Of a stretch of DNA of 64,000 nucleotides, positions 19,636-30,185 are shown piece by piece. Below the pieces are notes generated by a model that saw nothing but the letters and a program-made list of their open reading frames with translations, was not told the DNA's origin and made no database searches. A program made the position numbers and the translations under genes. The DNA is taken from positions 11,726 through 75,725 of the forward strand of contig JAHEYP010000014.1 of NCBI GenBank assembly GCA_023251535.1, written 5' to 3'. This DNA is from Bacteroidota bacterium (GTDB lineage Bacteria > Bacteroidota > Bacteroidia > AKYH767-A > OLB10). Within the stretch, counting starts at the first letter, position 1; each line of letters starts with the position of its first letter.

Positions 19636-21990
19636 TTATTGTTTAGTGATTTTAATATCGGTGCTCGTTCCGTCCGATTTCATCAATCTTGCGATGTATA
19701 AACCTACAGGTAATGTTTTACCCATTTCAACTTTTTGATTGCTTCCCATAACTTGGATTTGCTCTAAAACGCGTCCTGTGATGTCGGTAATAACCAAAGT
19801 CGAAGCTAATTTATCGTTACCCGCTAAGGTAAACGTAATGCTGTTTGTAAAAGGATTAGGGTAGGCATTAAGAATACCATTGTTGCCGTTAACTGTCGAT
19901 AAACCAACTGTTTCGTCGATTTTGAAATTGTCTAATCCACCTTCAACAATATTGAAAACCGGAGCTGGGTCGCTAATATTCACAATCAAGTGCATATTGT
20001 TCGATAAGGTAATATAGTTGCTTAAAAGGTAACTCTCGTTTACCCATTGGCTTTGTAAAGGTTGTCCGGCATACGTACGTCCTAAAAGAACAGTGCTTGT
20101 TCCGTTAGAAATATAAACGCTCATCGTATCATCCGGTTGACCGTTTGTAGTGCCACCGTTATAGAACCAACGAGCATAAGATAATCGTGGAGCAGTATAT
20201 AAAGTTCCATCAAATGAAGGTGAAGTAAGGATCGTAGCTCCGTTATCAACATCGTTATCCCATGGACCACCACCTCCATTATCTGTAACAAATGCTAAAT
20301 CTCCACAATCTCCCGTTACATCACTTCCTGGATTAGCCATTGCTGTGTTATTCATTGTAGCAACAGGTAATGCGCGTTCCCATGCATTAGCTGAAGGACC
20401 TGAAACTGTCCATCCGAAATCAAGCGCGAAATCGTCGTAATAACCTGGTGTTAAATAGATAGTTAAGGGAGTAGCAGTTACCGCTTGGTTGCTACAATCG
20501 TTACGGAATCCCCATTTTCCTGCAGTAATATCGTACGTTCCTCCATAGAAACTATTCAAAGTATATTGTCCTGATGCATTAGTTGTGGCAGTAACATCGA
20601 ATTGAGAGTTGCTGAAGTGGATAGTTGCATTAGCAACTGGTGCGCCTGTATTAGAGTTTATAACGGTACCTGTAGCCGTAATTGTGGCAAAGCTTGCCAA
20701 CTGAACATTTAGATTCGTTAAAACACCATTTTGAAGTGATACACCTGTAATAGTTTTAGTAACATAACCTGCTTTCGAGAATTGAACATCGTATGTTCCT
20801 GCTGTAGCTAATCCGGTTTTGTAATCACCAGTAATTTTAGTTTGCTTGCTAATTGATGTAGTTAAGATTGTTACCGTAACTCCGTTTAAAGGAGAACCGC
20901 TAATCGAATCTGTTACATTACCTTCTAAATAACATCCTCGTATATACGTCGGCGTTAGTACATATAGTCCGTTGTCGATATCTGACACTACTAAATTTCC
21001 TGAAGGTAAATAAGGGTAAACTCCCCAACACCCGTTAAATCCATCTCCTGATCCTTGAGCATAAGTATCATAACTTCCTGTAACAATCATGTTGTCGGGG
21101 TGACTTGCATCTACAATAGCAATTCCGTCTTTGTACCAGCTCACCACTTCATAGTCGTTTATCGTATGTGTATTATGAACAATTGATCCCGATCCAGGAG
21201 TAAGTTGAATTCGGTTAAGTTCGGTGATATTGTTTAAGTCGGAGATATCGTAAGAAGCTAAATAAGAATCACTCACTTCATCAGTCGTAAATAGCACATT
21301 GCCTGCATCATTTAACCACGAATTATGCGTAAATAAATTTGGAGTGTTTTGAGTAGTGATAGTTACTGGATTCGCTTTGTTCGTTACGTCAATAACAGAG
21401 AAGTATCCATCATAAATATGACATCCGTATAAAGTATCATTGCGAACATATCCGTCGTGAATATAAGTTCCTGGGGAATGGCCTACATAGTTAGGTGACC
21501 ACGGGTTACTTAAATCTAAAATTACAGCTGCACCGTTAAAAGCACTACTTCCGTAAATGTAAGCATAACCTGCATCAATATGTAAAGCATGAATAGTGTT
21601 CAATTGATTATTAACAGCACCGTTTCCTTTGTAATACTTCATCGGAACTGAATCAGGAAGATATCCTAAGTTTAAAATTTGCAATCCGTTGCAGCATCCT
21701 TCAGTAGTAACATAAGCGTAGTTCTGCCATGTTTTAACTTCTCTCCAGTCGCTATTTGTTCCGGGGATGTTAAATTTAATAACGGGATTAGCAGGGTCAG
21801 TTACATCCACAATTGATAATCCGTTATAAGTACCTACTAATGCATACTCGTTGCCTGAACTGTCAACATATCCTCCGATATTCGATAATGCTACCGAAAA
21901 TGGTAAATGCGATCTCAAAGTGACATTTAGCTGTCCAAATGAAATCATGCTGATCATCATTAAGATGACCAATGAGTAAATTTTCTTCAT
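19636..21990 (-). CDS. T9SS-secreted protein with LVIVD/choice-of-anchor-B-like beta-propeller repeats and a carboxypeptidase-regulatory-like domain
   Basis: Signal peptide from the internal Met MKKIYSLVILMM; LxIVD-like repeats (GLSIVDVTDPANP); C-terminal T9SS sorting domain (...LYIARLMKSDGTSTDIKITKQ). Confidence 0.65.
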   Translation of the reverse strand: MKKIYSLVILMMISMISFGQLNVTLRSHLPFSVALSNIGGYVDSSGNEYALVGTYNGLSIVDVTDPANPVIKFNIPGTNSDWREVKTWQNYAYVTTEGCCNGLQILNLGYLPDSVPMKYYKGNGAVNNQLNTIHALHIDAGYAYIYGSSAFNGAAVILDLSNPWSPNYVGHSPGTYIHDGYVRNDTLYGCHIYDGYFSVIDVTNKANPVTITTQNTPNLFTHNSWLNDAGNVLFTTDEVSDSYLASYDISDLNNITELNRIQLTPGSGSIVHNTHTINDYEVVSWYKDGIAIVDASHPDNMIVTGSYDTYAQGSGDGFNGCWGVYPYLPSGNLVVSDIDNGLYVLTPTYIRGCYLEGNVTDSISGSPLNGVTVTILTTSISKQTKITGDYKTGLATAGTYDVQFSKAGYVTKTITGVSLQNGVLTNLNVQLASFATITATGTVINSNTGAPVANATIHFSNSQFDVTATTNASGQYTLNSFYGGTYDITAGKWGFRNDCSNQAVTATPLTIYLTPGYYDDFALDFGWTVSGPSANAWERALPVATMNNTAMANPGSDVTGDCGDLAFVTDNGGGGPWDNDVDNGATILTSPSFDGTLYTAPRLSYARWFYNGGTTNGQPDDTMSVYISNGTSTVLLGRTYAGQPLQSQWVNESYLLSNYITLSNNMHLIVNISDPAPVFNIVEGGLDNFKIDETVGLSTVNGNNGILNAYPNPFTNSITFTLAGNDKLASTLVITDITGRVLEQIQVMGSNQKVEMGKTLPVGLYIARLMKSDGTSTDIKITKQ

Positions 21991-22118
21991 GGTTAATGAG
22001 GGGTGATTGGGTAGTTTTGGTCTCTCAAAATTAGCTGAAATACCCCAACATGGCAAATTGCTGTTTGTACTTTTCGGTAAAACGCTTGTGTATAGGGGTG
22101 CAAAGGGTCATATTAAGC

Positions 22119-22829
22119 TCAAGATGAAATTTTCTTCATCAAAACTTCCTTATAAGAGCTGCCGATGGGGAGTCGAACTGACTTTAATTCAAGTTCGTTG
22201 CCGCTAATTGATTTTATGGCATCTAAGTTTACAATGTACGACTTATGTATTCGCATGAAATTGCCTGCGGGAAGATTACTCTCGAAGTATTTCATAGTAT
22301 GAAGAGTTACAATCATTTTCTCTGTTGTATAGATCTTCACATAGTCTTTCATTCCTTCAATATAATCGATGTCGCTAAATCGTATTTTGATGAGTTTTTG
22401 ATCACTCTTAACAAACATGTAATCTACTTTGGTAGGCTTCACTTCTTGAGCGGGCAAAGGATTAATAGCTTTAATACGTTCTACAGCTTTGTTAACTCCT
22501 TTCATGAATCGCTCTAATGAGACAGGCTTCACGAGGTAGTCGACAACATCGAGTTCGTATCCTTGTAATGCATAATCGGGATAAGCGGTGGTAATAATTA
22601 CAGCAGGTGCTTTCCTTAATGAACGCAAGAAATCAATTCCTGAAATTACAGGCATCGAAATATCTAAAAACATTAAATCGATATGTTCGGTATGAAGCAC
22701 TTCAAATGCTTCCAATGCATTCGAACACTTTTTTACCAATTCAATTTCTCTGATGTTTTCGAGATATCTTTCCAATACTTCTTGCGCCAATGGTTCATCA
22801 TCAACGATAATACATTTTAGCTTAATCAT
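22119..22829 (-). CDS. LytTR-family two-component response regulator
   Basis: CheY-like receiver (IVDDEPLA...D) plus C-terminal LytTR DNA-binding domain; start overlaps the kinase stop (ATGA). Confidence 0.85.
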   Translation of the reverse strand: MIKLKCIIVDDEPLAQEVLERYLENIREIELVKKCSNALEAFEVLHTEHIDLMFLDISMPVISGIDFLRSLRKAPAVIITTAYPDYALQGYELDVVDYLVKPVSLERFMKGVNKAVERIKAINPLPAQEVKPTKVDYMFVKSDQKLIKIRFSDIDYIEGMKDYVKIYTTEKMIVTLHTMKYFESNLPAGNFMRIHKSYIVNLDAIKSISGNELELKSVRLPIGSSYKEVLMKKISS

Positions 22830-23899
22830 GATAGTTGAAGTGATAAGTTAATTTCAAATGTTTCTTCTGTTTCCGCAATTTTTAGTTGATGCGATTCGCC
22901 GTAAATGAGATCTAAACGCCTTTGTACATTTTGAAGTCCGATGCCTTTGCGTTTGATATTTCCTGCAGGTAAATCTTCGTCGTTTTGTCCTTTTGAATTG
23001 ACTACAAGTAACGTTACTAAGTGGTTTTCAATAGTGAACTTAGCTGACACAAATCCGTCGTTAAATCGTCGTTCTAGTCCGTGTTTAAATGCGTTTTCAA
23101 TGAAGTCAATAAACAAAAGCGGTGCCACTTTTAATTCTCCAAAATCACCTGTAGTTTCAAACGTAATGCTGTATTTATCTTGATATCGGATGCGTTGTAA
23201 ATCGACATAGTTTTTTGCGAATTCTATCTCTTTTTTTAAGTCGACTTGTTGCTCGTTTGCTTGATATAAAACATAACGCATAATGTCCGATAGCTTAAGA
23301 ACTACTTCTGATGCTTTCTCTGAATTTTTAAGCGTTAAAGAATAAAGGTTATTCAAAGTGTTGAATAAAAAGTGCGGATGTATTTGTGCTTTTAATGCAT
23401 TCAATTCAAGTTGCAATTTTTCTTTTTGCAACTTCAACAGTTCTGTTTGTGTGATAAAGGCAATTAATGTATACTTCAATGCATAAGTAAGAATCACCAC
23501 TATCATGCCTTCTAATAAATCGAAGTTAGGTTGAATCCTACTTAAAAATCGCAACATGATATCAGGCATACCTTCACGTGGCAAAGCCATCAAAATGCTG
23601 TAATTGCAAAATGAATAGAGATAGATTAGCGATCCTATGCTGATGAAATGAGCAATATAGTGCCGCCTATTTAATAGCTTCGGCACCAACAGATAAAGGT
23701 GGATATATACTAATGGTGCTTGGCAAATAAAAATTACTCCAATGTATAGCAAACTCCAATTCCATCCCCATAAATCTTTGATGTCGTACATAGTACGCGA
23801 TAGCCATACAAACCAGAAAAGAGAGTGGAGAAGGATACTTCTCAATTTCGGATTGGGCAGTTGTCGGTTGTAATGATCTAATAATCGGTCTATCATCAA
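22826..23899 (-). CDS. LytS/YehU-type sensor histidine kinase (membrane, His_kinase + HATPase)
   Basis: Multiple N-terminal TM helices; IHPHFLFNTLNNLYSL His-kinase motif; GHKL ATPase region. Confidence 0.8.
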   Translation of the reverse strand: MMIDRLLDHYNRQLPNPKLRSILLHSLFWFVWLSRTMYDIKDLWGWNWSLLYIGVIFICQAPLVYIHLYLLVPKLLNRRHYIAHFISIGSLIYLYSFCNYSILMALPREGMPDIMLRFLSRIQPNFDLLEGMIVVILTYALKYTLIAFITQTELLKLQKEKLQLELNALKAQIHPHFLFNTLNNLYSLTLKNSEKASEVVLKLSDIMRYVLYQANEQQVDLKKEIEFAKNYVDLQRIRYQDKYSITFETTGDFGELKVAPLLFIDFIENAFKHGLERRFNDGFVSAKFTIENHLVTLLVVNSKGQNDEDLPAGNIKRKGIGLQNVQRRLDLIYGESHQLKIAETEETFEINLSLQLS

Positions 23900-24101
23900 T
23901 TCAAAGATAGCTTTAAGGGTGATTGTAATGTGCGAATTTCGCTCAAATCGACAATCATTCCGATCAAACCGTTTATTTATTCGACAAGACAGTTTTTCAG
24001 GTCATTTTGAGTACTTTATCAGGAAAATAGGGTGAATGGTCTAAATGTTTTGCTTTCTATGAGATTGTTTTATTACTTCGGGCCACAAATAAAAAGGATC
24101 G

Positions 24102-26135
24102 ATGAATAAAATGAAAATGTTAGCAGGCTTTGCCGTTACTACTGGTGCGGCGTTAGCTCTTGCATTTATGGCTGATCAAACATCTTTAAAGGGAATCGAC
24201 TTCGATTCTATCGATAAGACTGTTAGCCCTAAAGATGATTTTTACCATTATGCAAATGGTAATTGGCTGAAAAATAATCCTATACCAGGCGATCAAAGCC
24301 GTTGGGGCAGCTTCGATGTATTAGCCGACGAGAATAATAAGAAGATTCGATTAGTAGTTGAATCGGTGGCGAAGGATACAAAAGCTGCTCAAGGTACGCT
24401 TCACCAAAAGTTGCGCGACTTTTACTTGATGGCAATGGATTCGGCTAAAGCTGAACAACAAGGCATTTCGTTGATAAAGCCGGATATCGATATGATTGGC
24501 GGATTGAAAACGAAAAAGGATATCGCTAAATGTATGGCAGAACTAACCGTTAAAGGTGTTGATAATGCATTTGGTTTTTATGTAGCTCGCGATTTAAAAA
24601 ATAGCAGTGCTTATGTTCTTTATATTTCGCAAAGTGGACTAGGATTACCTGATCGCGATTATTATTTAAAGTCAGATGAACGCAATGTTAACTATCGTAA
24701 GGCTTATGTAGAGCACATGACTAATATGCTTACGATGATTAATTATGCTAATCCTAAACAAACAGCAGAGAATATCCTTGCTATTGAAACAGAATTAGCT
24801 AAAATTTCAATGTCTCGTGTGGAGATGCGTGATGAAGAAAAAACGTACAATCCGCGTACATATGCTGAGTTAACGAAACTTACTTCATCGTTTGATTGGG
24901 ATGTATACACTAAAACCAATTCAATTCCTACCGACGGAAAAATCATCGTTAACCAACCTGATTACTTTAAAAGTTTCAGTACGATCTATGATTCGGTTTC
25001 TGTTGACTCATGGAAGGCTTATTTAACTTGGCATTATGTTACTACGTTCGCTAACCAATTAAATAGCGCGATGGTAAATGAGAACTTTAATTTCTACGGC
25101 AAAACATTAAATGGTACTCAAGCAATGCGTCCTCGTTGGAAGCGTGCCCTAGGAGCTTGCGATGGATCATTGGGTGAGGTTGTAGGACAAATTTATGTCG
25201 ATAAGTACTTTAGCCCGGATCTCAAAGTTCGTGTTCAGGCGATGGTTAAAAATATCCTTGCTGCTTATAAAATCAGAATCAGCAAACTGGATTGGATGAG
25301 TGAAGAAACTAAGAAGAAAGCGCTTGAGAAATTAAGTCGTTTCAATACTAAGTTAGGATATCCTGACAAATGGAAAGATTATTCTAAACTAGAGGTGAAG
25401 GCCGATGCTTATGTATTAAATGTAATGCGTGCAGAAGAGTTTTCATATCGTACGATGATTGATAAGTTAGGTAAGCCTGTTGATAAAGCCGAATGGCAAA
25501 TGCTACCTCACCAAGTTAATGCTTATTATGAGCCAACCTTGAATGAAATCGTATTCCCTGCTGCTATCATGCAACCTCCATTCTATTATCCAGAAGCTGA
25601 TGATGCAACTAACTACGGTTCGTTAGGCGCTGTTATCGGACATGAAATCACTCACGGTTTCGATGATCAAGGATCGAAATACGACGGCAGTGGTAATATG
25701 ATTGATTGGTGGACAGATAATGATCGTAAATTATTCGAAGAAAAATCGAAAGTGCTTATCGAGTGCTTTAATAAGTTCGAAGCGCTACCTGGAGTATTTG
25801 TAAATGGTGAATTAACGATTGGTGAGAATATCGCGGATTTAGGCGGATTAAGTACTGCATACCAAGCATTGCAAATGGCGAAAGAAGGCAAGACATCTTC
25901 TGTGATTAATGGATTTACTGAAGAGCAACGTTTCTTCCTTGCCTTCGGACAAGTTTGGAAACAAAATATCAAAGAAGAAATGTTACGTAAACGTATCTTA
26001 ACAGATGTTCACTCTCCTGCTAACTTCCGTGTTCTTGGAACATTAGCTAACATGCCTGAGTTCTACAAAGCATTCGAGGTGAAAGAAGGTAACGGAATGT
26101 ACCGTAACGATAAAGACAGAGCTAAAATCTGGTAA
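24102..26135 (+). CDS. pepO: M13-family zinc metallopeptidase (neprilysin/PepO-like)
   Basis: HEITHGFDD zinc motif, ENIADLGG motif, C-terminal W. Confidence 0.85.
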   Translation: MNKMKMLAGFAVTTGAALALAFMADQTSLKGIDFDSIDKTVSPKDDFYHYANGNWLKNNPIPGDQSRWGSFDVLADENNKKIRLVVESVAKDTKAAQGTLHQKLRDFYLMAMDSAKAEQQGISLIKPDIDMIGGLKTKKDIAKCMAELTVKGVDNAFGFYVARDLKNSSAYVLYISQSGLGLPDRDYYLKSDERNVNYRKAYVEHMTNMLTMINYANPKQTAENILAIETELAKISMSRVEMRDEEKTYNPRTYAELTKLTSSFDWDVYTKTNSIPTDGKIIVNQPDYFKSFSTIYDSVSVDSWKAYLTWHYVTTFANQLNSAMVNENFNFYGKTLNGTQAMRPRWKRALGACDGSLGEVVGQIYVDKYFSPDLKVRVQAMVKNILAAYKIRISKLDWMSEETKKKALEKLSRFNTKLGYPDKWKDYSKLEVKADAYVLNVMRAEEFSYRTMIDKLGKPVDKAEWQMLPHQVNAYYEPTLNEIVFPAAIMQPPFYYPEADDATNYGSLGAVIGHEITHGFDDQGSKYDGSGNMIDWWTDNDRKLFEEKSKVLIECFNKFEALPGVFVNGELTIGENIADLGGLSTAYQALQMAKEGKTSSVINGFTEEQRFFLAFGQVWKQNIKEEMLRKRILTDVHSPANFRVLGTLANMPEFYKAFEVKEGNGMYRNDKDRAKIW

Positions 26136-26172
26136 TAGTTTATTGCAAATAAAACGTACCAAGTTCTTATTT

Positions 26173-26200
26173 AAGCGGGATAATTTATCCCGCTTTTTTT
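26173..26200 (+). terminator. Terminator of the pepO-like gene
   Basis: aagcgggataatttatcccgctt followed by ttttttt. Confidence 0.6.
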
Positions 26201-26215
26201 GTGACCTATACGAAA

Positions 26216-26245
26216 TAAAAAAGGGAGCTGTTGAGCTCCCTTTTT
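26216..26245 (-). terminator. Terminator of typA
   Basis: aaaaaagggagctgttgagctcccttttt. Confidence 0.55.
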
Positions 26246-26264
26246 GGTATTTATAGAATGGTGA

Positions 26265-28076
26265 TTAAACCGTTTCTTCTTTCTTCGACATTCTCTTTCT
26301 CGTATTTTCATCGAGGTGAACTTTACGCATTCTCAATGATTTCGGAGTGATTTCTAAGTACTCATCTTTCTCGATATATTCCATCGACTCTTCTAATGAA
26401 AACTTAACAGCCGGAGCAATACGAACGTTATCGTCGCTACCAGAAGCACGCATGTTCGTGAGTTTCTTTGCTTCGCAAACGTTGATTACTAAATCATCGG
26501 GACGAATATGTTGTCCGATAACTTGTCCCGCATAAACTGCTTCACCTGGATCAGTAAAGAAGAATCCGCGATCTTGCATACGATCGATAGAGTAAGGGGT
26601 AGCTGTTCCTGTTTCTTTCGCTAACAATACTCCTGAAATACGTCCAGCGATTGGGCCTTTCCAAGGTTCGTAGCTTTTGAAACGGTGAGCCATTGTTGCA
26701 CGTCCTGCAGTAGCTGTAAGTACGTTACTACGTAAACCGATTAATCCGCGAGCAGGGATTTCAAACTCAAGATGCTGAAGGTCACCCTTTGGCTCCATGA
26801 TTTTTAATTCACCTTTCTTCTGCGTTACTAATTCAATTACTTTACCTGCAACTTCTTCAGGAGTATCAACTGTTAAATGCTCAACAGGTTCGTGACGTTG
26901 TCCGTCGATTTCTTTAATGATTACTTGAGGTTGTCCTACTTGCAATTCATATCCTTCGCGGCGCATCGTTTCAATCAAGATCGATAAGTGAAGTACTCCA
27001 CGTCCGTATACTAAGTATGAATCAGGTGATTCAGTCTCAACTACACGCATCGCTAAGTTCTTCTCTAACTCTTTGTATAAACGATCACGAACGTGACGAG
27101 ATGTTACGAAACGACCTTCTTTTCCGAAGAAAGGACTGTTGTTGATGGTGAAAAGCATACACATTGTAGGCTCATCAACAGAGATAGGAGTAAGGGCCTC
27201 TGGATTTTCAAAGTCAGCAATAGTATCACCGATATCGAAATCTTCAATTCCCGTTACAGCACATAAGTCACCACATGTTACGATATCTGCCTTACGACGA
27301 CCTAAGCCTTCGAAAACGAACATTTCTTTTATACGTGATTTCTTCATAGTTCCGTCGCGCTTCATTAAAGTTACCGGTTGGTTTTCTTTTAATGATCCGC
27401 GGCTGATACGTCCGATAGCAATACGACCAACGTATGAAGAGAAGTCTAATGATGTAATTAACATCTGAGGCGTTCCTTCAACGATTTCCGGTTTCGGAAT
27501 GTAATCGATGATCGTATCTAATAAAGCCGTTACGTCGGTAGTAGGATTTTTATAATCGTAACTCATCCAACCTTGTTTCGATGAACCGTAAACAGTAGGG
27601 AATCCTAACTGATCTTCAGTTGCGTCGAGGTGGAAGAATAAGTCAAATACTTTTTCGTGTACTTCTTCTGGGCGACAATTTTCTTTATCTACCTTGTTGA
27701 TAACCAACACGGCACGCTTGCCCATTTCAATTGCTTTTGTAAGTACGAAACGCGTTTGCGGCATCGGACCTTCAAAGGCATCAACTAACAAAATTACTCC
27801 GTCAGCCATGTTCATTACACGCTCAACCTCACCTCCGAAGTCGGCGTGGCCTGGTGTATCAATGATGTTGATTTTATGTCCTTTGTAGTTAACAGAAACG
27901 TTTTTAGCGACAATGGTAATTCCGCGCTCACGTTCAAGGTCGTTGTTGTCAAGAATCAAATCTCCCGTTTTTTCATTGTCACGGAACAATTGAGTTTGAT
28001 GTAAAATTTTGTCGACCAATGTAGTTTTGCCGTGGTCAACGTGGGCGATAATGGCGATGTTGCGAATTGATTGCAT
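26265..28076 (-). CDS. typA: Translational GTPase TypA/BipA
   Basis: IAIIAHVDHGKTTLVD G-domain; EF-G-like domain order; 603 aa. Confidence 0.95.
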   Translation of the reverse strand: MQSIRNIAIIAHVDHGKTTLVDKILHQTQLFRDNEKTGDLILDNNDLERERGITIVAKNVSVNYKGHKINIIDTPGHADFGGEVERVMNMADGVILLVDAFEGPMPQTRFVLTKAIEMGKRAVLVINKVDKENCRPEEVHEKVFDLFFHLDATEDQLGFPTVYGSSKQGWMSYDYKNPTTDVTALLDTIIDYIPKPEIVEGTPQMLITSLDFSSYVGRIAIGRISRGSLKENQPVTLMKRDGTMKKSRIKEMFVFEGLGRRKADIVTCGDLCAVTGIEDFDIGDTIADFENPEALTPISVDEPTMCMLFTINNSPFFGKEGRFVTSRHVRDRLYKELEKNLAMRVVETESPDSYLVYGRGVLHLSILIETMRREGYELQVGQPQVIIKEIDGQRHEPVEHLTVDTPEEVAGKVIELVTQKKGELKIMEPKGDLQHLEFEIPARGLIGLRSNVLTATAGRATMAHRFKSYEPWKGPIAGRISGVLLAKETGTATPYSIDRMQDRGFFFTDPGEAVYAGQVIGQHIRPDDLVINVCEAKKLTNMRASGSDDNVRIAPAVKFSLEESMEYIEKDEYLEITPKSLRMRKVHLDENTRKRMSKKEETV

Positions 28077-28401
28077 GGGCGATCTGCGATGCAGTATTGA
28101 TTTTTTGTTGTTTTACTCCCTAAAACTCAAAGTTATTGTCGATTTACTATTCTTTTATCGCTTATTGATTAATCCTCAATAAATACAATAGGTTGAATTT
28201 CAGTCGGCTATGCACTTCATGCCTTTTGGGACTGCAAAGGTACGGCTTTTCCTTGGCACCTGATACAAATCAGTGAAATTGAATTGACATTTCTTTGACA
28301 AAACTCGAAAACTTTATTGGTTTAAGTTTTGTTTAATATTTTAAGTAAAAAGTTAAACAAACCTAAAAACAAACAAATTAAACCCCACAAATCAATTCAT
28401 T

Positions 28402-29103
28402 ATGAAACAATCAATTTTAAAATTTTCAACTTTAGCGCTAGCAGCTGCTGTAATTATGACTTCATTTTCATCTTGCAAGGATGACGACGATGACACAGCT
28501 ACACCATCATTAGGTACTGCAAAAATGATGGTAGTACATGCTTCTCCCGATGCTCCGGGCGTTGATCTTTATGTTGCGGGATCAAAAGTGAATACCGATC
28601 CAGTAGAATTCCTTGATGCTACAGGTTATTTATCTGTAACTGAAGGCACTAGAAATGTAAAAGTGAATGTAGCAGGTACTTCAACTACGGTTATTAATGC
28701 CGATTTACCTTTCACTAAAAATGTGAATTACACACTTTTTGCAGTCGACAGCGTTTCTAAATTATCAACAGTACGTTTGACCGACGATCTTACTGCTCCT
28801 GCTGCAGGAAAGGCTCATGTTCGTTTCGTTCACCTTTCACCGAATGCACCGGCAGTTGATGTTGCTGTTACAGGCGGAGCAGTAGTATTTGCGAATAAGT
28901 CGTTTAAGCAATCAACCGATTTTACGCCGTTGGATGCAGGTACTTATAACTTAGAAGTTCGTGTTGCAGGTACTTCTACGGTTGCTTTAGATCTTGACCC
29001 AATAACATTAACAGCAGGTAAAATCTATACTGTATATGCAGGCGGATTTTTAGGTGGAGTAGGTAGTCAAGCTTTATCAGCGAATATCATCGTTAACAAT
29101 TAG
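28402..29103 (+). CDS. DUF4397-domain lipoprotein
   Basis: Lipobox SSCKDDDDD; duplicated HASPDAPGVDLYV / HLSPNAPAVDVAV halves. Confidence 0.65.
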   Translation: MKQSILKFSTLALAAAVIMTSFSSCKDDDDDTATPSLGTAKMMVVHASPDAPGVDLYVAGSKVNTDPVEFLDATGYLSVTEGTRNVKVNVAGTSTTVINADLPFTKNVNYTLFAVDSVSKLSTVRLTDDLTAPAAGKAHVRFVHLSPNAPAVDVAVTGGAVVFANKSFKQSTDFTPLDAGTYNLEVRVAGTSTVALDLDPITLTAGKIYTVYAGGFLGGVGSQALSANIIVNN

Positions 29104-29217
29104 AGTTCTTATAGGTAGGTTGAAGGGAGTTTGGCTTAATTGTCATTCTCCCTTTTTTTATGCGGCTAACTTTATGCAATATTTTGATTGGGTTCTTGTA
29201 TCTTTGTCCTCTCTTAT

Positions 29218-30144
29218 ATGAAACTCCAGAAATCTTATCCGCTGAGCGAATTAGCTGCTCTTGTTGATGCCCGCGTTATTGGCGATGGCAGTATGTTGGT
29301 TACAGGTATTAACGAAATTCACCGTGTAGAAGCTGGTGATCTTACTTTCGTTGATCATCCGAAGTATTATGATAAGGCGCTGAATTCTGCGGCTACTTTT
29401 GTGATCATTAATAAAGAGGTGGAAGCTCCTGCGGGCAAAGCACTCATTTTTTCGGACGATCCTTTTAGAGATTATGTTTGGCTATGCAAGAATTTCATGC
29501 CTTTCGTGCCTTCTACTTCTGCCATTCATCCTACTGCGAAAATTGGTGAGGGTACCGTTATTCAACCTAACGTTTCTATAGGACCCAATGCCGTTATCGG
29601 AAAAAATTGTCTCATCCACAGCGGTGTCGTTATTTACGATCATTCGGTTATTGGCGATAATGTAGTTATTCATGCTAACGCAGTTTTAGGTGCTGATGCT
29701 TTCTATTTTAAACGTCGCCCTTCGCATTACGAAAAAATGCATTCTTGCGGTCGTGTAGTGATTCACGATGATGTTGAAATCGGAGCTATGTGTACGATCG
29801 ATCGTGGTGTTTCTGCAGATACTATCATCGGACAAGGTTCTAAGCTCGATGATCATGTGCATGTTGGTCACGATACGGTTATCGGTAAGAATTGCTTGTT
29901 CGCTGCTCAAGTAGGTATTGCAGGTTGTGTGAATATTGAAGATGAGGTTATCTTATGGGGACAAGTTGGCGTTCAGAAAGATTTAACGATTAGCAAAGGC
30001 ACAGTTGTCCTAGGACAAAGTGGTGTTCCTAAATCGCTTAAAACAGGAACGTACTTTGGTAGTCCGGTGAAAGAAGCTCGAGAGAAAATGAAAGAACTAG
30101 CACTCATGAATCGCTTGCCTGAGCTTGTTGAAAAGTTAAAGTAA
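29218..30144 (+). CDS. lpxD: UDP-3-O-acylglucosamine N-acyltransferase
   Basis: N-terminal LpxD region LSELAALVDARVIGDG...; left-handed beta-helix hexapeptide repeats; the tracked ORF begins at a TTG, and ATG at 29218 is the likely start. Confidence 0.85.
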   Translation: MKLQKSYPLSELAALVDARVIGDGSMLVTGINEIHRVEAGDLTFVDHPKYYDKALNSAATFVIINKEVEAPAGKALIFSDDPFRDYVWLCKNFMPFVPSTSAIHPTAKIGEGTVIQPNVSIGPNAVIGKNCLIHSGVVIYDHSVIGDNVVIHANAVLGADAFYFKRRPSHYEKMHSCGRVVIHDDVEIGAMCTIDRGVSADTIIGQGSKLDDHVHVGHDTVIGKNCLFAAQVGIAGCVNIEDEVILWGQVGVQKDLTISKGTVVLGQSGVPKSLKTGTYFGSPVKEAREKMKELALMNRLPELVEKLK

Positions 30145-30185
30145 TATCCATCACCAAAGGTTTATCTTGTATGTAGTTTCGTACA

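Noticed and set aside
29188-29217. TTG-initiated N-terminal extension of lpxD (MGSCIFVLSY...)
   Set aside because: The extension is non-conserved and hydrophobic. ATG at 29218 gives a canonical LpxD N-terminus.
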